A program made the position numbers and the translations under genes. Positions 22,288-37,415 of a DNA stretch of 64,000 bases are shown piece after piece. Where the stretch lies: sequence record NC_042060.1. The stretch is one strand, 5' to 3'. Position 1 is the stretch's first letter, and each line of letters begins with the position of its first letter. Under the pieces are notes generated by a model, which saw nothing but the letters and a program-made list of their open reading frames with translations, ran no database searches and was not told where the DNA came from.

Positions 22288-23403
22288 TTACTTTAGATTT
22301 TCATCGCATACATTGAGTATGGCAGTCAAATTACGACATGTTAATTTAAATAGGTCGTGATAAGGAATAGCCAACCAATCAACATATGTTTCTACCAATG
22401 AAACAAGTTCTTGTATTTCTCTATCAGGTCGCCCTTCATTACGAGCACGTGTTAGTTCATCTCTAAACCTGATTAATGCACCTTTAAGAGTCCTTAACCG
22501 TTCATTTCGACGAGTACGCATTGATGCAGCATTTGCACGATTGATCTTATCAACTACCTTAACAACTCGATCAATAATACTTTCAGTAACTTGATGGTTG
22601 AAATGTTCAAATTCTATTTCGACTGGTAGTGGTCTAGGGGTTTCTTCAGATGGAACTAACCGTGAAGAAATATCCCTACACTGATCATAAGCACTTGCAT
22701 TCTTATCGGGATTATAGTTAATTACAATTTGATGATTACCTAGCAAATGCAATGATACAAATCGATTACCTTGATCGCGATAAACAGATGGTGTGGTTAT
22801 TTTAGTTGGGGCACTATTTAATAGTAGTTCTGCTAAAGCATCTGGACTAGCATTTGGATTCATATACGAAGGTATGATATTAGCTGGCCTTAGAATCACA
22901 TTGTCTAATCCATTGATATACCCATCAACTACTGTCTCCAATACGCGTAAGTGAGATAACAAATTAGCACTATTGGTAATAGGTTTATATCTAACACTTA
23001 AGTTCTGAATACGAGTTGTAATTAGAAATGTAGGATTCTTATTTTTACGAGTTCTAGCACGACTGTTAACTCGTAAGTTTTCTGCTCGAATTGCAACATA
23101 TTCAGCAGTAGCTGCTAGCACTACTCCACTATCCATCAGTTTCTCAATAGTGGTAACAAATAGTTTTATAACTCGATCAATAACATGTTTAATAGTATCA
23201 CTAATATCTTCAGTAGATACAACATCCTCTAATTCTTTGATAACCCCTTGGATCTGATTATAATCTTCCATACCGCCTAATAGATCCATCACTCGCCTAG
23301 CTAACGCTTCATCGCCTGATAATAAATCTGCAAGTCTTTTAGGTTCATCAAGATCAATAATCATTTCATCTGGAGTATCTTTATAAATATCAATTAATTC
23401 CAT
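22288..23403 (-). CDS. Head protein (gp96-like)
   Basis: 371 aa; GME and STE motifs; synteny. Confidence 0.8.
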   Translation of the reverse strand: MELIDIYKDTPDEMIIDLDEPKRLADLLSGDEALARRVMDLLGGMEDYNQIQGVIKELEDVVSTEDISDTIKHVIDRVIKLFVTTIEKLMDSGVVLAATAEYVAIRAENLRVNSRARTRKNKNPTFLITTRIQNLSVRYKPITNSANLLSHLRVLETVVDGYINGLDNVILRPANIIPSYMNPNASPDALAELLLNSAPTKITTPSVYRDQGNRFVSLHLLGNHQIVINYNPDKNASAYDQCRDISSRLVPSEETPRPLPVEIEFEHFNHQVTESIIDRVVKVVDKINRANAASMRTRRNERLRTLKGALIRFRDELTRARNEGRPDREIQELVSLVETYVDWLAIPYHDLFKLTCRNLTAILNVCDENLK

Positions 23404-23416
23404 TGCTAACTCCTAA

Positions 23417-23455
23417 CATAAGACGGGACTCTTCCGAGCCCCGTCGATATGTCGT
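23417..23455. terminator. Terminator
   Basis: gacggg.ctc/gag.cccgtc stem with CATA and TATGTCGT flanks. Confidence 0.7.
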
Positions 23456-23464
23456 CACTTATCA

Positions 23465-25108
23465 TTATTCTGCTTGGAATTTAGTGTTAATTACACTATT
23501 ATAAAGTCCAGTTGCAGTATTTGCGTAACGCATTGCTTCACGAATAATGGAGTCATGTTTAGGTGCACTATCTGTAATAATAGATGCTACCTTACGTGAT
23601 ACTTCTTCGATCTGTTCTTTAGAAACATCGTCGATTTTATCACTCTCTAGTTTCCGTGAAAGTTGATCAACATCATCTTCAAGTTGCTTAATGGCTTTAA
23701 CAATATTCCGACCGCCAGTGATAACATCAGCTGCATCATCAACCAGATTACGTAGAGCTACCGCTTCTTTCTTAGCTTGACTCTTATCAAAGTTCTTTAA
23801 AGTCACTTCAGTGCCAGGTTCTGCGGCTGTCTCATCATCCGTTAGATATACTTGAGTAGCAGTCGTAGTTACAAGCTTATTACCCGGTAAAGTGTTAGAT
23901 GTACTAGCGTAGTGTTTGAGAGGTCCATCTTGAAGTTTGTCCATCTTCTCAACTAGTTCACTAGCATCATTACGCTCTGGATCCCAAGCTTTAAGCACAG
24001 TGCCAATATTCGTTAGGTAGGTAGCATAGTCTTTTGCATATACAGATGCCATCCATTTAACGATAGGGCCATATCCAACGTTAGCTGAAGGCTGAATGAA
24101 TTTACCATTAGCAAATACGGGTCCACCATTTTTAACAGGAACCGTTAATTCACTGGGTATATTTTCAAACTTAGCATTTTGGATAGCTAAAATGAGTTCA
24201 TCAACTTTTACGCTCACACGCGGTACACTATTCTTAAGACTATCCCATACGTGGCTAATAATTTCACGTAGTTTAGCAATAGCTTTCTTGATATAAGCAA
24301 GCGCCTTACGACTTAACTCTTTAATATCCTCAGTTGAAATCTTAACTGGATATAAATGACTTTTACCACCAGTTGTATAGTTTTCTAATGAGCTAGTTAA
24401 AGTATTATCACCAAGTACATGACGATGTGGTAAGAGTGCAGAATGAATAAATGCAGCTGTACTTTGACTGATACCATTAATACCAGCTTGTCGAACAAGA
24501 GCTTTAATTGACTCTAGGGCATATGCGGTATTTAGACCTTGATTGATATCTTGCACTGCTGTAGTAACTACTTGTGCATTACCAATGTCCATGAAATCAG
24601 TAGGTTTATCCATATCCACTGCAACAGCGATCTGTGGCACCACGCCATTATGTGCTAGTGGAATAGAACTATCTTTGGCAGCCTGATCAGCGATTTGCTG
24701 AGTTACTGTTTCACCACCTTGTGGATTCTCTCCTTCGGCACCTGCTGGAATAACTGTTTCAACAGCAACATTAGGTTGTTCAGGAATAGGGGGTACTTCT
24801 GTTACTACATCTGTTTCAACTACGGTAACTGGTACAGCTGGTTGTTCAACTAGAGTAGCAGCTGGAGTCTCAACAATAACGCCATTATTAGGAGTATTAA
24901 CAATAGTGGTATCTGCATCCACTGGTGCAGTTGGTGTTACACCAACATTAATGTCAGACACATCTTGAATAGTATTTTCAGGCACAGCGTCTTCAGAAAT
25001 ACAATCGCCACTGGTCATGGCTGCTACTTTATCAACTGCTGTTTCAGGAATAGGTACCTCAGTATAGTCTTCTAGACTATCTAGATACTCATTGAGTTTA
25101 AATGTCAT
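23465..25108 (-). CDS. Inner-body/head protein (gp95-like)
   Basis: 547 aa; GISQSTAAFIH paralog motif; SLE and STE sites. Confidence 0.85.
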   Translation of the reverse strand: MTFKLNEYLDSLEDYTEVPIPETAVDKVAAMTSGDCISEDAVPENTIQDVSDINVGVTPTAPVDADTTIVNTPNNGVIVETPAATLVEQPAVPVTVVETDVVTEVPPIPEQPNVAVETVIPAGAEGENPQGGETVTQQIADQAAKDSSIPLAHNGVVPQIAVAVDMDKPTDFMDIGNAQVVTTAVQDINQGLNTAYALESIKALVRQAGINGISQSTAAFIHSALLPHRHVLGDNTLTSSLENYTTGGKSHLYPVKISTEDIKELSRKALAYIKKAIAKLREIISHVWDSLKNSVPRVSVKVDELILAIQNAKFENIPSELTVPVKNGGPVFANGKFIQPSANVGYGPIVKWMASVYAKDYATYLTNIGTVLKAWDPERNDASELVEKMDKLQDGPLKHYASTSNTLPGNKLVTTTATQVYLTDDETAAEPGTEVTLKNFDKSQAKKEAVALRNLVDDAADVITGGRNIVKAIKQLEDDVDQLSRKLESDKIDDVSKEQIEEVSRKVASIITDSAPKHDSIIREAMRYANTATGLYNSVINTKFQAE

Positions 25109-25195
25109 GTTATTTCCTCAAGGAATTTCTTTGCGCGCGTTTAACAATAAACCATAGAATTAGGTACTTAGATAAAAATGAACACTTAGATATAT

Positions 25196-26713
25196 TTATT
25201 GGCCATATCTTTCTAATTCCATATTACAAACAGCATTTCGTTGCTTTGCAATACGTAATAGGTAACTAATTAGTGTTGCGTATTCTGGTGACATATCGGT
25301 GATAAAGCCATTAATTAAAGATATAATCTCATTTGCATCATCACGAGCACCTTTCCAAATAGCTTTAGACCTACGTAGCTCCATGTCTTCAATACCCTGT
25401 GCAACTTTCTTCAGTTGTTCAAGGATATCTTTTTCAGCTTTAAATAGATCACCTAAACGACGAATAGCTTCTTTATTAACTTCTAATGTTTTACGCACTT
25501 CAATAGGAGGCCTTGGTTCGATCGTGATTGTATCTGGACCATCACCATGATTATCTTCACCAAGTCGTGGAGCATATTTATCTTTCTGGAATATAAGTTT
25601 ACTATTACCAGGTAGAGAAGTATCTTTTACTTTATCTAACTGATTAGCTTCACCAATAAATTCAAAAGCCTCTTTAAACTTATCTAGTTCATTATCTTCT
25701 AAGTCGTAGTCTTTAATTAATTTAACTACTTTATCAATGTTTGATCTAGCTATATTTGGCCATTCTTTAGCTAGAAATTGACTAACTTTTGTTTCATTAG
25801 TTAAATCGTCTAAAACAAATTCATCACCAATGAATAACATTTTAGGATTGTCAATCTTAATTGACATATCAAAATCAGGTGTTACCCTTTCATTTGATAC
25901 GATTGGCTTATTGATTAAACTTTTCGCTTTTTCAATTAACTCATCAGTTTTATCTTCAACTGATTTGATTCCAGTTAGTACACGCTGTGCCGCTACTTTA
26001 GCTTGTTCAATAACATGGACTATTAAAGCAAGTATCTTTTTACCTATACTTTCAATACGTTCTTTTATTTCTTCTTGAGAAATATTTACAAAACGCATAG
26101 CGCTGCTAGGGGTTGCATTAAAATCTTCAATACTAATCTTTTCAAAGCCGATAAGCTTATCAATTGATTCTAATGTAACGTGCATAAAAGCAGCTGATTG
26201 TTTAGTAATACCTCTATCACCAGCGGTATTTAATAAATCTATAAAACATTCTAAACTAGTACGCGCATGCAGTAATTGATTTAGCTGATATGTCATGTTT
26301 TGAGATGGAGGTGCATCATACGCAAAGATATTTAAATGATCATCATCACTATCTAAATCTTTACCATCCACTGGTGTAGGTCTATTATCAGGACTTTCTC
26401 GGGTATCATGGGGTGATGCTGGATATTCTTCTGATGCGACGTATGTTTTACCAAATGAATCAACTTCAGTAACTAAACCACGATCTGATTTCCAATGGAT
26501 ATTAGGTTTATGTGCTTCTTCAACATCTAACCCATTATTAGTTGCTTTTACATCATTTGGTAATTCATCAATTAATTTGGCAGCTTCTTCTGGTTCTTTA
26601 GATATTTGCTTGTCGTCTGTAGCAGCGTGCTTTAGTTTGGCTTTCGCGACTTTTTCTTTTACTTCGACAACACCATAACCTTCTAAACTATCAAGTAATT
26701 TATTTAAGTTCAT
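25196..26713 (-). CDS. Head protein (gp94-like)
   Basis: 505 aa; GITKQSAAFMH paralog motif. Confidence 0.85.
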   Translation of the reverse strand: MNLNKLLDSLEGYGVVEVKEKVAKAKLKHAATDDKQISKEPEEAAKLIDELPNDVKATNNGLDVEEAHKPNIHWKSDRGLVTEVDSFGKTYVASEEYPASPHDTRESPDNRPTPVDGKDLDSDDDHLNIFAYDAPPSQNMTYQLNQLLHARTSLECFIDLLNTAGDRGITKQSAAFMHVTLESIDKLIGFEKISIEDFNATPSSAMRFVNISQEEIKERIESIGKKILALIVHVIEQAKVAAQRVLTGIKSVEDKTDELIEKAKSLINKPIVSNERVTPDFDMSIKIDNPKMLFIGDEFVLDDLTNETKVSQFLAKEWPNIARSNIDKVVKLIKDYDLEDNELDKFKEAFEFIGEANQLDKVKDTSLPGNSKLIFQKDKYAPRLGEDNHGDGPDTITIEPRPPIEVRKTLEVNKEAIRRLGDLFKAEKDILEQLKKVAQGIEDMELRRSKAIWKGARDDANEIISLINGFITDMSPEYATLISYLLRIAKQRNAVCNMELERYGQ

Positions 26714-26745
26714 TTACAATTCCTCAAGAATACTTAATTACATAG

Positions 26746-26778
26746 CATAAGAGGAACCCCGAAGGGTTCCTCATTATG
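26746..26778 (-). terminator. Terminator
   Basis: gaggaaccc-UUCG-gggttcctc on the minus strand; CATA and TATG flanks. Confidence 0.8.
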
Positions 26779-26782
26779 TTTG

Positions 26783-28090
26783 TTACTTCTCATCATTCTC
26801 AGATGCTTTAGAAGTTTCTTTGCCATATGCAGCTAGTTCATATTTAACAATAAATGTATATTGCGCAGCGATGCATTTAGCAATATAGTTAACTAGTGCA
26901 CTATTGTCAATGCCACCAATATTCAGTGCATCACGTGCTGTTTCTTTTGACATACCTGCTTCGTCAGGATTCCAATCAGCTAGGGCCTTTTCAAGATTCT
27001 CAGCAATCTTGTAATCAATCTTATTAAAGTCCTGTAGTTTAATAACAAGACCTTTAAGAATATTAAGATGTGCTAAGATTTTACTCGGTGCACGGACATC
27101 AACTTCAACTTCATGTAGATCCGTTTCCCCATCACCCTCAACAACTTCCCACTTATTCACACCTGACTTAGAAGAAGTAACTTCTAACTTAACATTACCA
27201 GGAGCTTTCTCAACGGCTTTATTAATATCTTCAGCCATCTTAGCTTGTAAATCACTGGTGACTTGATCAATATCAATAGACTTGTCACCTTTGAGATAAC
27301 GTACTCCAAGTTCGCCATATTTCCTAAGAGCAGATACATACTGGGTTGAGAATACAGTCATGAAGTCTGCAATAGTCTTCGGATTATTTGCAATAAAGCC
27401 ACTACTAGATACCATATACTCAGAAGGAGTGAACTTAATCTCTTCTTTCTTTAGATCACCGGCTTTGAGTGATTTAATAGCATCAATAGTTTTAGTAATA
27501 CGCATATCGAGTGCAATCAGCTTAGGATTAAAATCTTTAATCTTCTGCTTTATCATTGCAACAATCTTCTTGATAATCTCTAAAGCTTTCTTACCTGCTT
27601 CTTTTAGTTTCTCTTTGAGATCCTCAAGAGAGATAACTGCTGCTTTCTGAATAGCGCTGCGTGGAGAAGCATCGTAATTCTCAAGCGCGGCAGTGAGTCC
27701 AGATTTTTCAATACCTAGGATACGATCAATTGATTCCATGCCAACATGCATGAAGGCAGCTGCTTGACGAGAGATACCATCTTCACCAGCTTGAAGTAAA
27801 AGACCTTGGAACTTTTCAAGTGCTTCTTTAGCATCTTCAATTAGCCCTAATTCATCTTCAGCTTGAACAATAGTTACTTCAGTATCTAATGCAGTTGGTT
27901 GAATAGCATCATCTGCATCAAGAACTTCTTCTACGGGATTATTTTCAATCTGATCTACTTCTGCTAAAACGGATGATACATCAGCAGAAGTTTTATTTTC
28001 AACGACTAATTCAACATCACCATGAATCGTAGTGCCTTGATCTTCAATTGATTCAAGTGATAGTTTGTCTAGCATTTTAAGTAGAGACAT
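26783..28090 (-). CDS. Inner-body/head protein (gp93-like)
   Basis: 435 aa; GISRQAAAFMH motif; ALE and SLE sites. Confidence 0.85.
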   Translation of the reverse strand: MSLLKMLDKLSLESIEDQGTTIHGDVELVVENKTSADVSSVLAEVDQIENNPVEEVLDADDAIQPTALDTEVTIVQAEDELGLIEDAKEALEKFQGLLLQAGEDGISRQAAAFMHVGMESIDRILGIEKSGLTAALENYDASPRSAIQKAAVISLEDLKEKLKEAGKKALEIIKKIVAMIKQKIKDFNPKLIALDMRITKTIDAIKSLKAGDLKKEEIKFTPSEYMVSSSGFIANNPKTIADFMTVFSTQYVSALRKYGELGVRYLKGDKSIDIDQVTSDLQAKMAEDINKAVEKAPGNVKLEVTSSKSGVNKWEVVEGDGETDLHEVEVDVRAPSKILAHLNILKGLVIKLQDFNKIDYKIAENLEKALADWNPDEAGMSKETARDALNIGGIDNSALVNYIAKCIAAQYTFIVKYELAAYGKETSKASENDEK

Positions 28091-28095
28091 GTTAA

Positions 28096-29418
28096 TTACC
28101 TTACCTGGGAGGGATTATTTACTTGTTCTTGCGTAGGTCTTTGAATTGGACGCTGGTAAGCTTTTAATTCTAACTCGGTCACGAATACTAGTCGACCCAT
28201 TACTCTGACTAAACCAGCAAGAGCATTACTAAAATCTGTTACAACGCGACTTACATTATTGATCATTAATGTAATTGAATTAATGATATTTGAGATAGCA
28301 GGGATGCCATCAGGTGCATCAGGATCTTGAACTTTTGCTTGACGATTTCGCATATTAGATTGTTGTGCCCGAATCCTACCAGCTTGTTGACGATTAGTCT
28401 CGGCTAACTGCATTAACCTACCAAATTCAAAATCTAGTTTAGTTGCATAATCTTTTCTAGCATCTATACGTTTAGCCATTTCGCTTAATAATACTAACCG
28501 TCTTCCAATTGAACTCGTATCATTAACCTTAAAGGTATTGTTACCTTCAGGTGCATCCTTCATAGTAGGAATAGTATAAAACTTAAAGGCAAAATCACGG
28601 ACAGTATTTACTAAAAAATCCCAATCCCTGATCTCTTCAGTCTGTGTTTCAGTTGGCCCTGCGCCAAATAAAGTCTTATTACCTTGAACTGGCATACTAC
28701 GATAAACTGTAGAACTTACTCTAAATCTATCATCTTTCTTAATAGGTACTGCACCCTTCATCCAGTTCTTAACATTAAACTTACTAAAGTCTTGTGCAGC
28801 TCTATCAGTCCATTTTTCATCAAATGATAATTTCCTAAGGATATCCGCTACAGATTGGATATACAAGAGTAGGGATTTATCATAGAAAGCTATCAAGTTG
28901 TTAACTTGCATGAGTATCGGATCAACTGTAGTCGGTTCGAATTTACCATCAATACTAAATCGTTTAGTATTTTTAAATTTTAATTCTTGCTTAAATGGCT
29001 CATGCTTAATATTTTCAGCTCTTTCTAAAAGCATGTTTATTCGTTCAAGAGTACGTTGATTACCTTGTGTAATAACACGTGCATACTCTTTTAACTCATC
29101 TCGATGCTTTGCTTGGGATTTTTTCATTTCATCCCAGGTATTTCGTGCTGTCTTAGATAGGTCTTCTAATGACACATTCTCAGTTTTTAGAATGTGTTCA
29201 CTAACAACATCTTGGTTATCTGCATATTTTTGAAATAAGCCATCGGTATAGGTTTTAACTAAAATGTCTTTTTCAGTGCATTCTAATCTACTTTGAATAT
29301 CTTCAATTGATGGCAATAATTCTTTTAGATATCCATCGCATGTAGCGATCATATCGACGGGGCTGTCCCCGTCGATTGATTCAAGTAAGACCGAATGACT
29401 AAGTGAATTATTAGTCAT
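28096..29418 (-). CDS. Head protein (gp92-like)
   Basis: 440 aa; VSLED motif; synteny. Confidence 0.8.
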   Translation of the reverse strand: MTNNSLSHSVLLESIDGDSPVDMIATCDGYLKELLPSIEDIQSRLECTEKDILVKTYTDGLFQKYADNQDVVSEHILKTENVSLEDLSKTARNTWDEMKKSQAKHRDELKEYARVITQGNQRTLERINMLLERAENIKHEPFKQELKFKNTKRFSIDGKFEPTTVDPILMQVNNLIAFYDKSLLLYIQSVADILRKLSFDEKWTDRAAQDFSKFNVKNWMKGAVPIKKDDRFRVSSTVYRSMPVQGNKTLFGAGPTETQTEEIRDWDFLVNTVRDFAFKFYTIPTMKDAPEGNNTFKVNDTSSIGRRLVLLSEMAKRIDARKDYATKLDFEFGRLMQLAETNRQQAGRIRAQQSNMRNRQAKVQDPDAPDGIPAISNIINSITLMINNVSRVVTDFSNALAGLVRVMGRLVFVTELELKAYQRPIQRPTQEQVNNPSQVR

Positions 29419-29427
29419 AGATAGTCC

Positions 29428-29958
29428 TCAGTCCTTATCTATTACTTCTACAGATCCAAATAGTAGATGTAGGGTATACATTAGATCATTCATACCGTTT
29501 TTGTGTTTAACCCAATTCTGGATCATTGAAACAGTATCTAGATCTAATTTTAACTCATTAAAGAGAGTAGCAATTTCAGCGCGCGGTTCAATGAGTTGTG
29601 CACCAGCATCTGGTTCAGTAGCTAGTAACATTGGCCATTGGGTAATTGAAATACGTCGATGACCCGTAGCAATGTATCGAACAGTATCTAATAGGAATTG
29701 ATAATTATAACTATCAATATTACTATTATTGTCCTGTAGAATAAACCAATTATAGTTTCCGCTAAAAAGACGAATAGCACAAGCTAGAACTTTCTTATGG
29801 AATTCCCAATATGCAGTTTGTGCAGGAAAGTTGGTAAAGATAAGATATAGTTCTTCAACTTGAGGATCACCGGGACGAGCAGTGAACCGTGAAATGGCCT
29901 GTTGTTGACCACCTGAGTAATTACGACCAAATGGGCGTACAGCATTAGTTGCTGGCAT
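29428..29958 (-). CDS. Minor head protein (gp91-like)
   Basis: Start at MPATN (ggagg SD); alternative 29973. Confidence 0.75.
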   Translation of the reverse strand: MPATNAVRPFGRNYSGGQQQAISRFTARPGDPQVEELYLIFTNFPAQTAYWEFHKKVLACAIRLFSGNYNWFILQDNNSNIDSYNYQFLLDTVRYIATGHRRISITQWPMLLATEPDAGAQLIEPRAEIATLFNELKLDLDTVSMIQNWVKHKNGMNDLMYTLHLLFGSVEVIDKD

Positions 29959-29972
29959 ATCAATGCCCTCCA

Positions 29973-30905
29973 TTAGTGACCAAGAGATAGTAGATCACGA
30001 TGGTTAGCAAAGAACTCAGATGCGCGATCTTGGATCATACCTAGGCGATAGTTATAATCAGAGATACGAATTTCATACTCTTTAATAAGCTTCTGTAGGC
30101 GTGCATCCACTTTACCATTACTTTGCATTTCCCGCATTTCTTGTAAACGTAGTTGAAGTGCAAGGAATTCTTGCTCAGCTTCTTTAAAACGTTCAACCTG
30201 ATACTCAGCTAAGAACTTGCCAAATAGCACGAACGGGTTCTGACGAGGTGAGAAGCCATCCATGTTAAGTGGATCACGTTGAGCTATAGAGAGAGCACTC
30301 ACAGCTACATCATAAGTACCTTCATTGACTTCAGCACTAGATGCACGACTTAAGCGTTGTTTCAGTTCATTAGTCTTAAGACTCATTGCTGGATACAGAG
30401 TAATGAATTGCGCCATATTAGTGTATAGCCATTCTTTCTCAGCACGAGATGATTTTAATTCTGTAGCCTTACCTAATTTCATTGCTTCTTGTGCAATTAG
30501 ATTTAGTAGTAGTTTACGGCCATAACGAATATAGAAACTAAGACCATCAACAAAACGTAACATGTTTGCACGGTCAAAGGTTAGATTAGAGTTAGTAAAC
30601 TGAATAGCAAATAAACGCCGGATTTCGCTTTCGATCATATCAAAGCTACCACGAATATTTGAAAGAGTATCCAGTACTAGTTTAATCGGTTCAGTATTAA
30701 AACTAATCGCTCGCCGTAGTTCAGTAGATAACCGCATACCTAAATCTGATTTAAGTTGCATATTACCAAATACTTCACCTACATCGTCAATAATTGGTGC
30801 GAGAGTTGCATCATATTCTTCACGTAATGAACGGATTTGATTTAATAGTTCACGACGTTCAGTAACTGGTGCGAGTTCACGTACATAATCAATAATTCTC
30901 ATCAC
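29973..30905 (-). CDS. Head/inner-body protein (gp90-like)
   Basis: 310 aa helical protein; synteny. Confidence 0.8.
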   Translation of the reverse strand: MMRIIDYVRELAPVTERRELLNQIRSLREEYDATLAPIIDDVGEVFGNMQLKSDLGMRLSTELRRAISFNTEPIKLVLDTLSNIRGSFDMIESEIRRLFAIQFTNSNLTFDRANMLRFVDGLSFYIRYGRKLLLNLIAQEAMKLGKATELKSSRAEKEWLYTNMAQFITLYPAMSLKTNELKQRLSRASSAEVNEGTYDVAVSALSIAQRDPLNMDGFSPRQNPFVLFGKFLAEYQVERFKEAEQEFLALQLRLQEMREMQSNGKVDARLQKLIKEYEIRISDYNYRLGMIQDRASEFFANHRDLLSLGH

Positions 30906-30912
30906 TCAGTCC

Positions 30913-32076
30913 TTAAATATTGGTAGACATGGTTTTATTCATCATTTTAAAGATCTCAGTGATATCCGGACCTTTATTCTTTTCAGCCATTTTAATTTCA
31001 TCAAGTCGGTGAGATGTAGATAGATCAACCCCACGATGATAAATAGTTACTCGCTCATAACGGTCATCAATAACAACAAGCATCATTAGATAGCTATTGT
31101 CAAAGATCTTTTGCCGAGTGGCGAAATCATCAATACGACCATAAAGAGAATTAGAAGCAGCTTTAAGAGTTGAAGTTGATACAATCGCGATATTTGATGC
31201 ATCTGCTAATGAAACCGTACCACTGCGAACTGATTGTTTCCAGTTGTTACGGCGGCGATCGGTGATTTGTTTATAAACACCTGATTTATCATTCATTAGA
31301 ATGCGATAATGTTCATCGATCATATCTTGACCTAGAACGAAGTCACGCCAGAATTTAATTTGACCAGTTTTTACTAGAAATAGGCGATGTAGCCAAGTAT
31401 CTCGTCCACCAGCACTAAAGATGTGCGCAATAATCTGAGGACTAACAGCGGCTGGAATTAAACGGATCATAACAGGAATTTTAGCTTTCTGCTTTCCTGA
31501 TTTAACATCAACGTTAACCAGCTTACCAACGGCAAGGTTTTCAACTTCATAAATCTTTTGTGTATCACCACTAGAAATACTTTGTGCACTTGTACTTTCG
31601 TCATTCGCTTCCATTGAAGCTACCCAACGCTCATGTGAGTGTTCAGCGACGATATTTGGTAAATGCACAGGCTTCTCAAAAGACTCTAATGAAGGAAGAC
31701 CATCAGAATACTCTTCGGCAGAGAATACACTAGTGCGAGTTACACCTGTACGGTTAGGATTAATAGTATCGAATACTTTTAAAGTATCAATCTTATCCAC
31801 ACCTAGAAGCATATTAACAGCTTGTAGATAATAACCAGTAAAAGACGATGAAACAAATTTCATAACGTCTTTCATGTAAGGTTGATCAACTAAGGTTTGG
31901 TCTACGATGACCAATGGTTCAACACGAGTTGGACGTGCTAGATCGGTTAGAGAAGAAATCTCTACACCATTTTTAGTGGCTTGTAGGACAGTCTGCATTA
32001 GACCACGTACACCTTGATCAGCAGCAACAGTCATCAGAGCAGAACTTACTGCTCCGGCGATTACAGGTAATGGCAT
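30913..32076 (-). CDS. Head/inner-body protein (gp89-like)
   Basis: 387 aa; internal SLE and SME motifs. Confidence 0.8.
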   Translation of the reverse strand: MPLPVIAGAVSSALMTVAADQGVRGLMQTVLQATKNGVEISSLTDLARPTRVEPLVIVDQTLVDQPYMKDVMKFVSSSFTGYYLQAVNMLLGVDKIDTLKVFDTINPNRTGVTRTSVFSAEEYSDGLPSLESFEKPVHLPNIVAEHSHERWVASMEANDESTSAQSISSGDTQKIYEVENLAVGKLVNVDVKSGKQKAKIPVMIRLIPAAVSPQIIAHIFSAGGRDTWLHRLFLVKTGQIKFWRDFVLGQDMIDEHYRILMNDKSGVYKQITDRRRNNWKQSVRSGTVSLADASNIAIVSTSTLKAASNSLYGRIDDFATRQKIFDNSYLMMLVVIDDRYERVTIYHRGVDLSTSHRLDEIKMAEKNKGPDITEIFKMMNKTMSTNI

Positions 32077-32112
32077 TTTTCTCTTCCTATATGGGTTTGC
32101 AGAGAGTTATAA

Positions 32113-36084
<3,972 letters not shown>

Positions 36085-36087
36085 GGT

Positions 36088-36118
36088 CATAAGCCCTCCC
36101 CTAGGGGAGGGCATTATG
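36088..36118. terminator. Bidirectional terminator between convergent genes
   Basis: gccctccc/gggagggc stem with CATA and TATG flanks. Confidence 0.85.
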
Positions 36119-36125
36119 TTGTATT

Positions 36126-37415
36126 TTACATTGCATAACCACGTTTAAAGTCATCAATGACTTTATCAAATCGACGCTGCCATTCGCGAATAGCATCATT
36201 GAAGCCATGGATCTTATAATCTTCACTAACTACTTGTGCACACTTACCATAATAGTTAAGTACGCAGCTAGCTGCTAGATATTGTGCTTGAGAATATTCA
36301 AACATCGTATCAGTAATACGACGCATACCTTCAAGGGAGGTATTAATTAATTGAACAGACTCACCAATAGCATCAATAGTTTCTTGACTATAGTTACGTG
36401 ATAGTTGCTTTAATTTACGTAAAGCATCACTACTATTGCGATATGCTTTTAACAAATCATCAAGTGGTGCGACAAAACGATCTTTTAATAGATGTGAGTT
36501 TTTCCAGAAATTCTTATCGGGGAAATCTGGAATGCTTGAACGATCAGGATATACTGTAGATAGTTCATTGCACCGGGTAGCTAGTTTACCAATCTCACGG
36601 ATGTTGACAATAGGCATAAGTGCACGATAATCATCACCATTGTAATTAACATATTCAATGATAGTGCCAACTAGCTTTTCCATTGTACCTAGTTCAGTAC
36701 GTGCTTCATTATTAATATTAATGATTTCTTTCTGGTAGTATACACTACCAAATGCAGCAGCATATACACGACTAGCTAGGATTTTAGGATCATCAATGAT
36801 TGATTGTGCAATTGCATCAAACTTTTCTAGTAATGCATCCTTTCGATTACCTAATCGATTTTTAACTAGTAACTCTTGAAAGAGAGTACGTGCTTGATCA
36901 ACTGCCCGGACAATCTTTCCATAACGAGTTGCTACAACAACATCACGCTTCTTAAAATCACTAATCCAACGCATCAGCTTAGCAAATAGTTCCATTAGTT
37001 TCTCAAACCAAGTCTTAAGAGTATTAATGATGGTAGCCATCACTGCCTCTTGAGAAATAGTCACATTAAGAGTACTACGGGTTGGTGTAAACATAGAAGC
37101 ATATTGCTCAAGTGAAGCTACTGCTTTCTTAGGAGCTTCAAACCCTTCAGTGCTCATGCGCTTAACTAATGCTCGAATACCATCAACATCTGGTTTTGAT
37201 ACGCCTTCAAGTTTAGTGATTGCATAAATATCAGATAGCTGATGAATCGCTTCGACAGCTACACACATCTTAGCTAAAATTTCAGGAGCCGAGGCACTTG
37301 AAACAGTCTCTTCTTCGCCTTCAACCATCTCTGGTTGGTTCTCATCAAAGAAAAGTTTTTCCTCTTCGACATCTACTTCTTTAACATGAGACATGGGTTT
37401 AACCTCACTCATCAA
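36126..37415 (-). CDS. Head protein (gp86-like)
   Basis: 429 aa; ASLE and ISQE motifs. Confidence 0.8.
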   Translation of the reverse strand: MMSEVKPMSHVKEVDVEEEKLFFDENQPEMVEGEEETVSSASAPEILAKMCVAVEAIHQLSDIYAITKLEGVSKPDVDGIRALVKRMSTEGFEAPKKAVASLEQYASMFTPTRSTLNVTISQEAVMATIINTLKTWFEKLMELFAKLMRWISDFKKRDVVVATRYGKIVRAVDQARTLFQELLVKNRLGNRKDALLEKFDAIAQSIIDDPKILASRVYAAAFGSVYYQKEIININNEARTELGTMEKLVGTIIEYVNYNGDDYRALMPIVNIREIGKLATRCNELSTVYPDRSSIPDFPDKNFWKNSHLLKDRFVAPLDDLLKAYRNSSDALRKLKQLSRNYSQETIDAIGESVQLINTSLEGMRRITDTMFEYSQAQYLAASCVLNYYGKCAQVVSEDYKIHGFNDAIREWQRRFDKVIDDFKRGYAM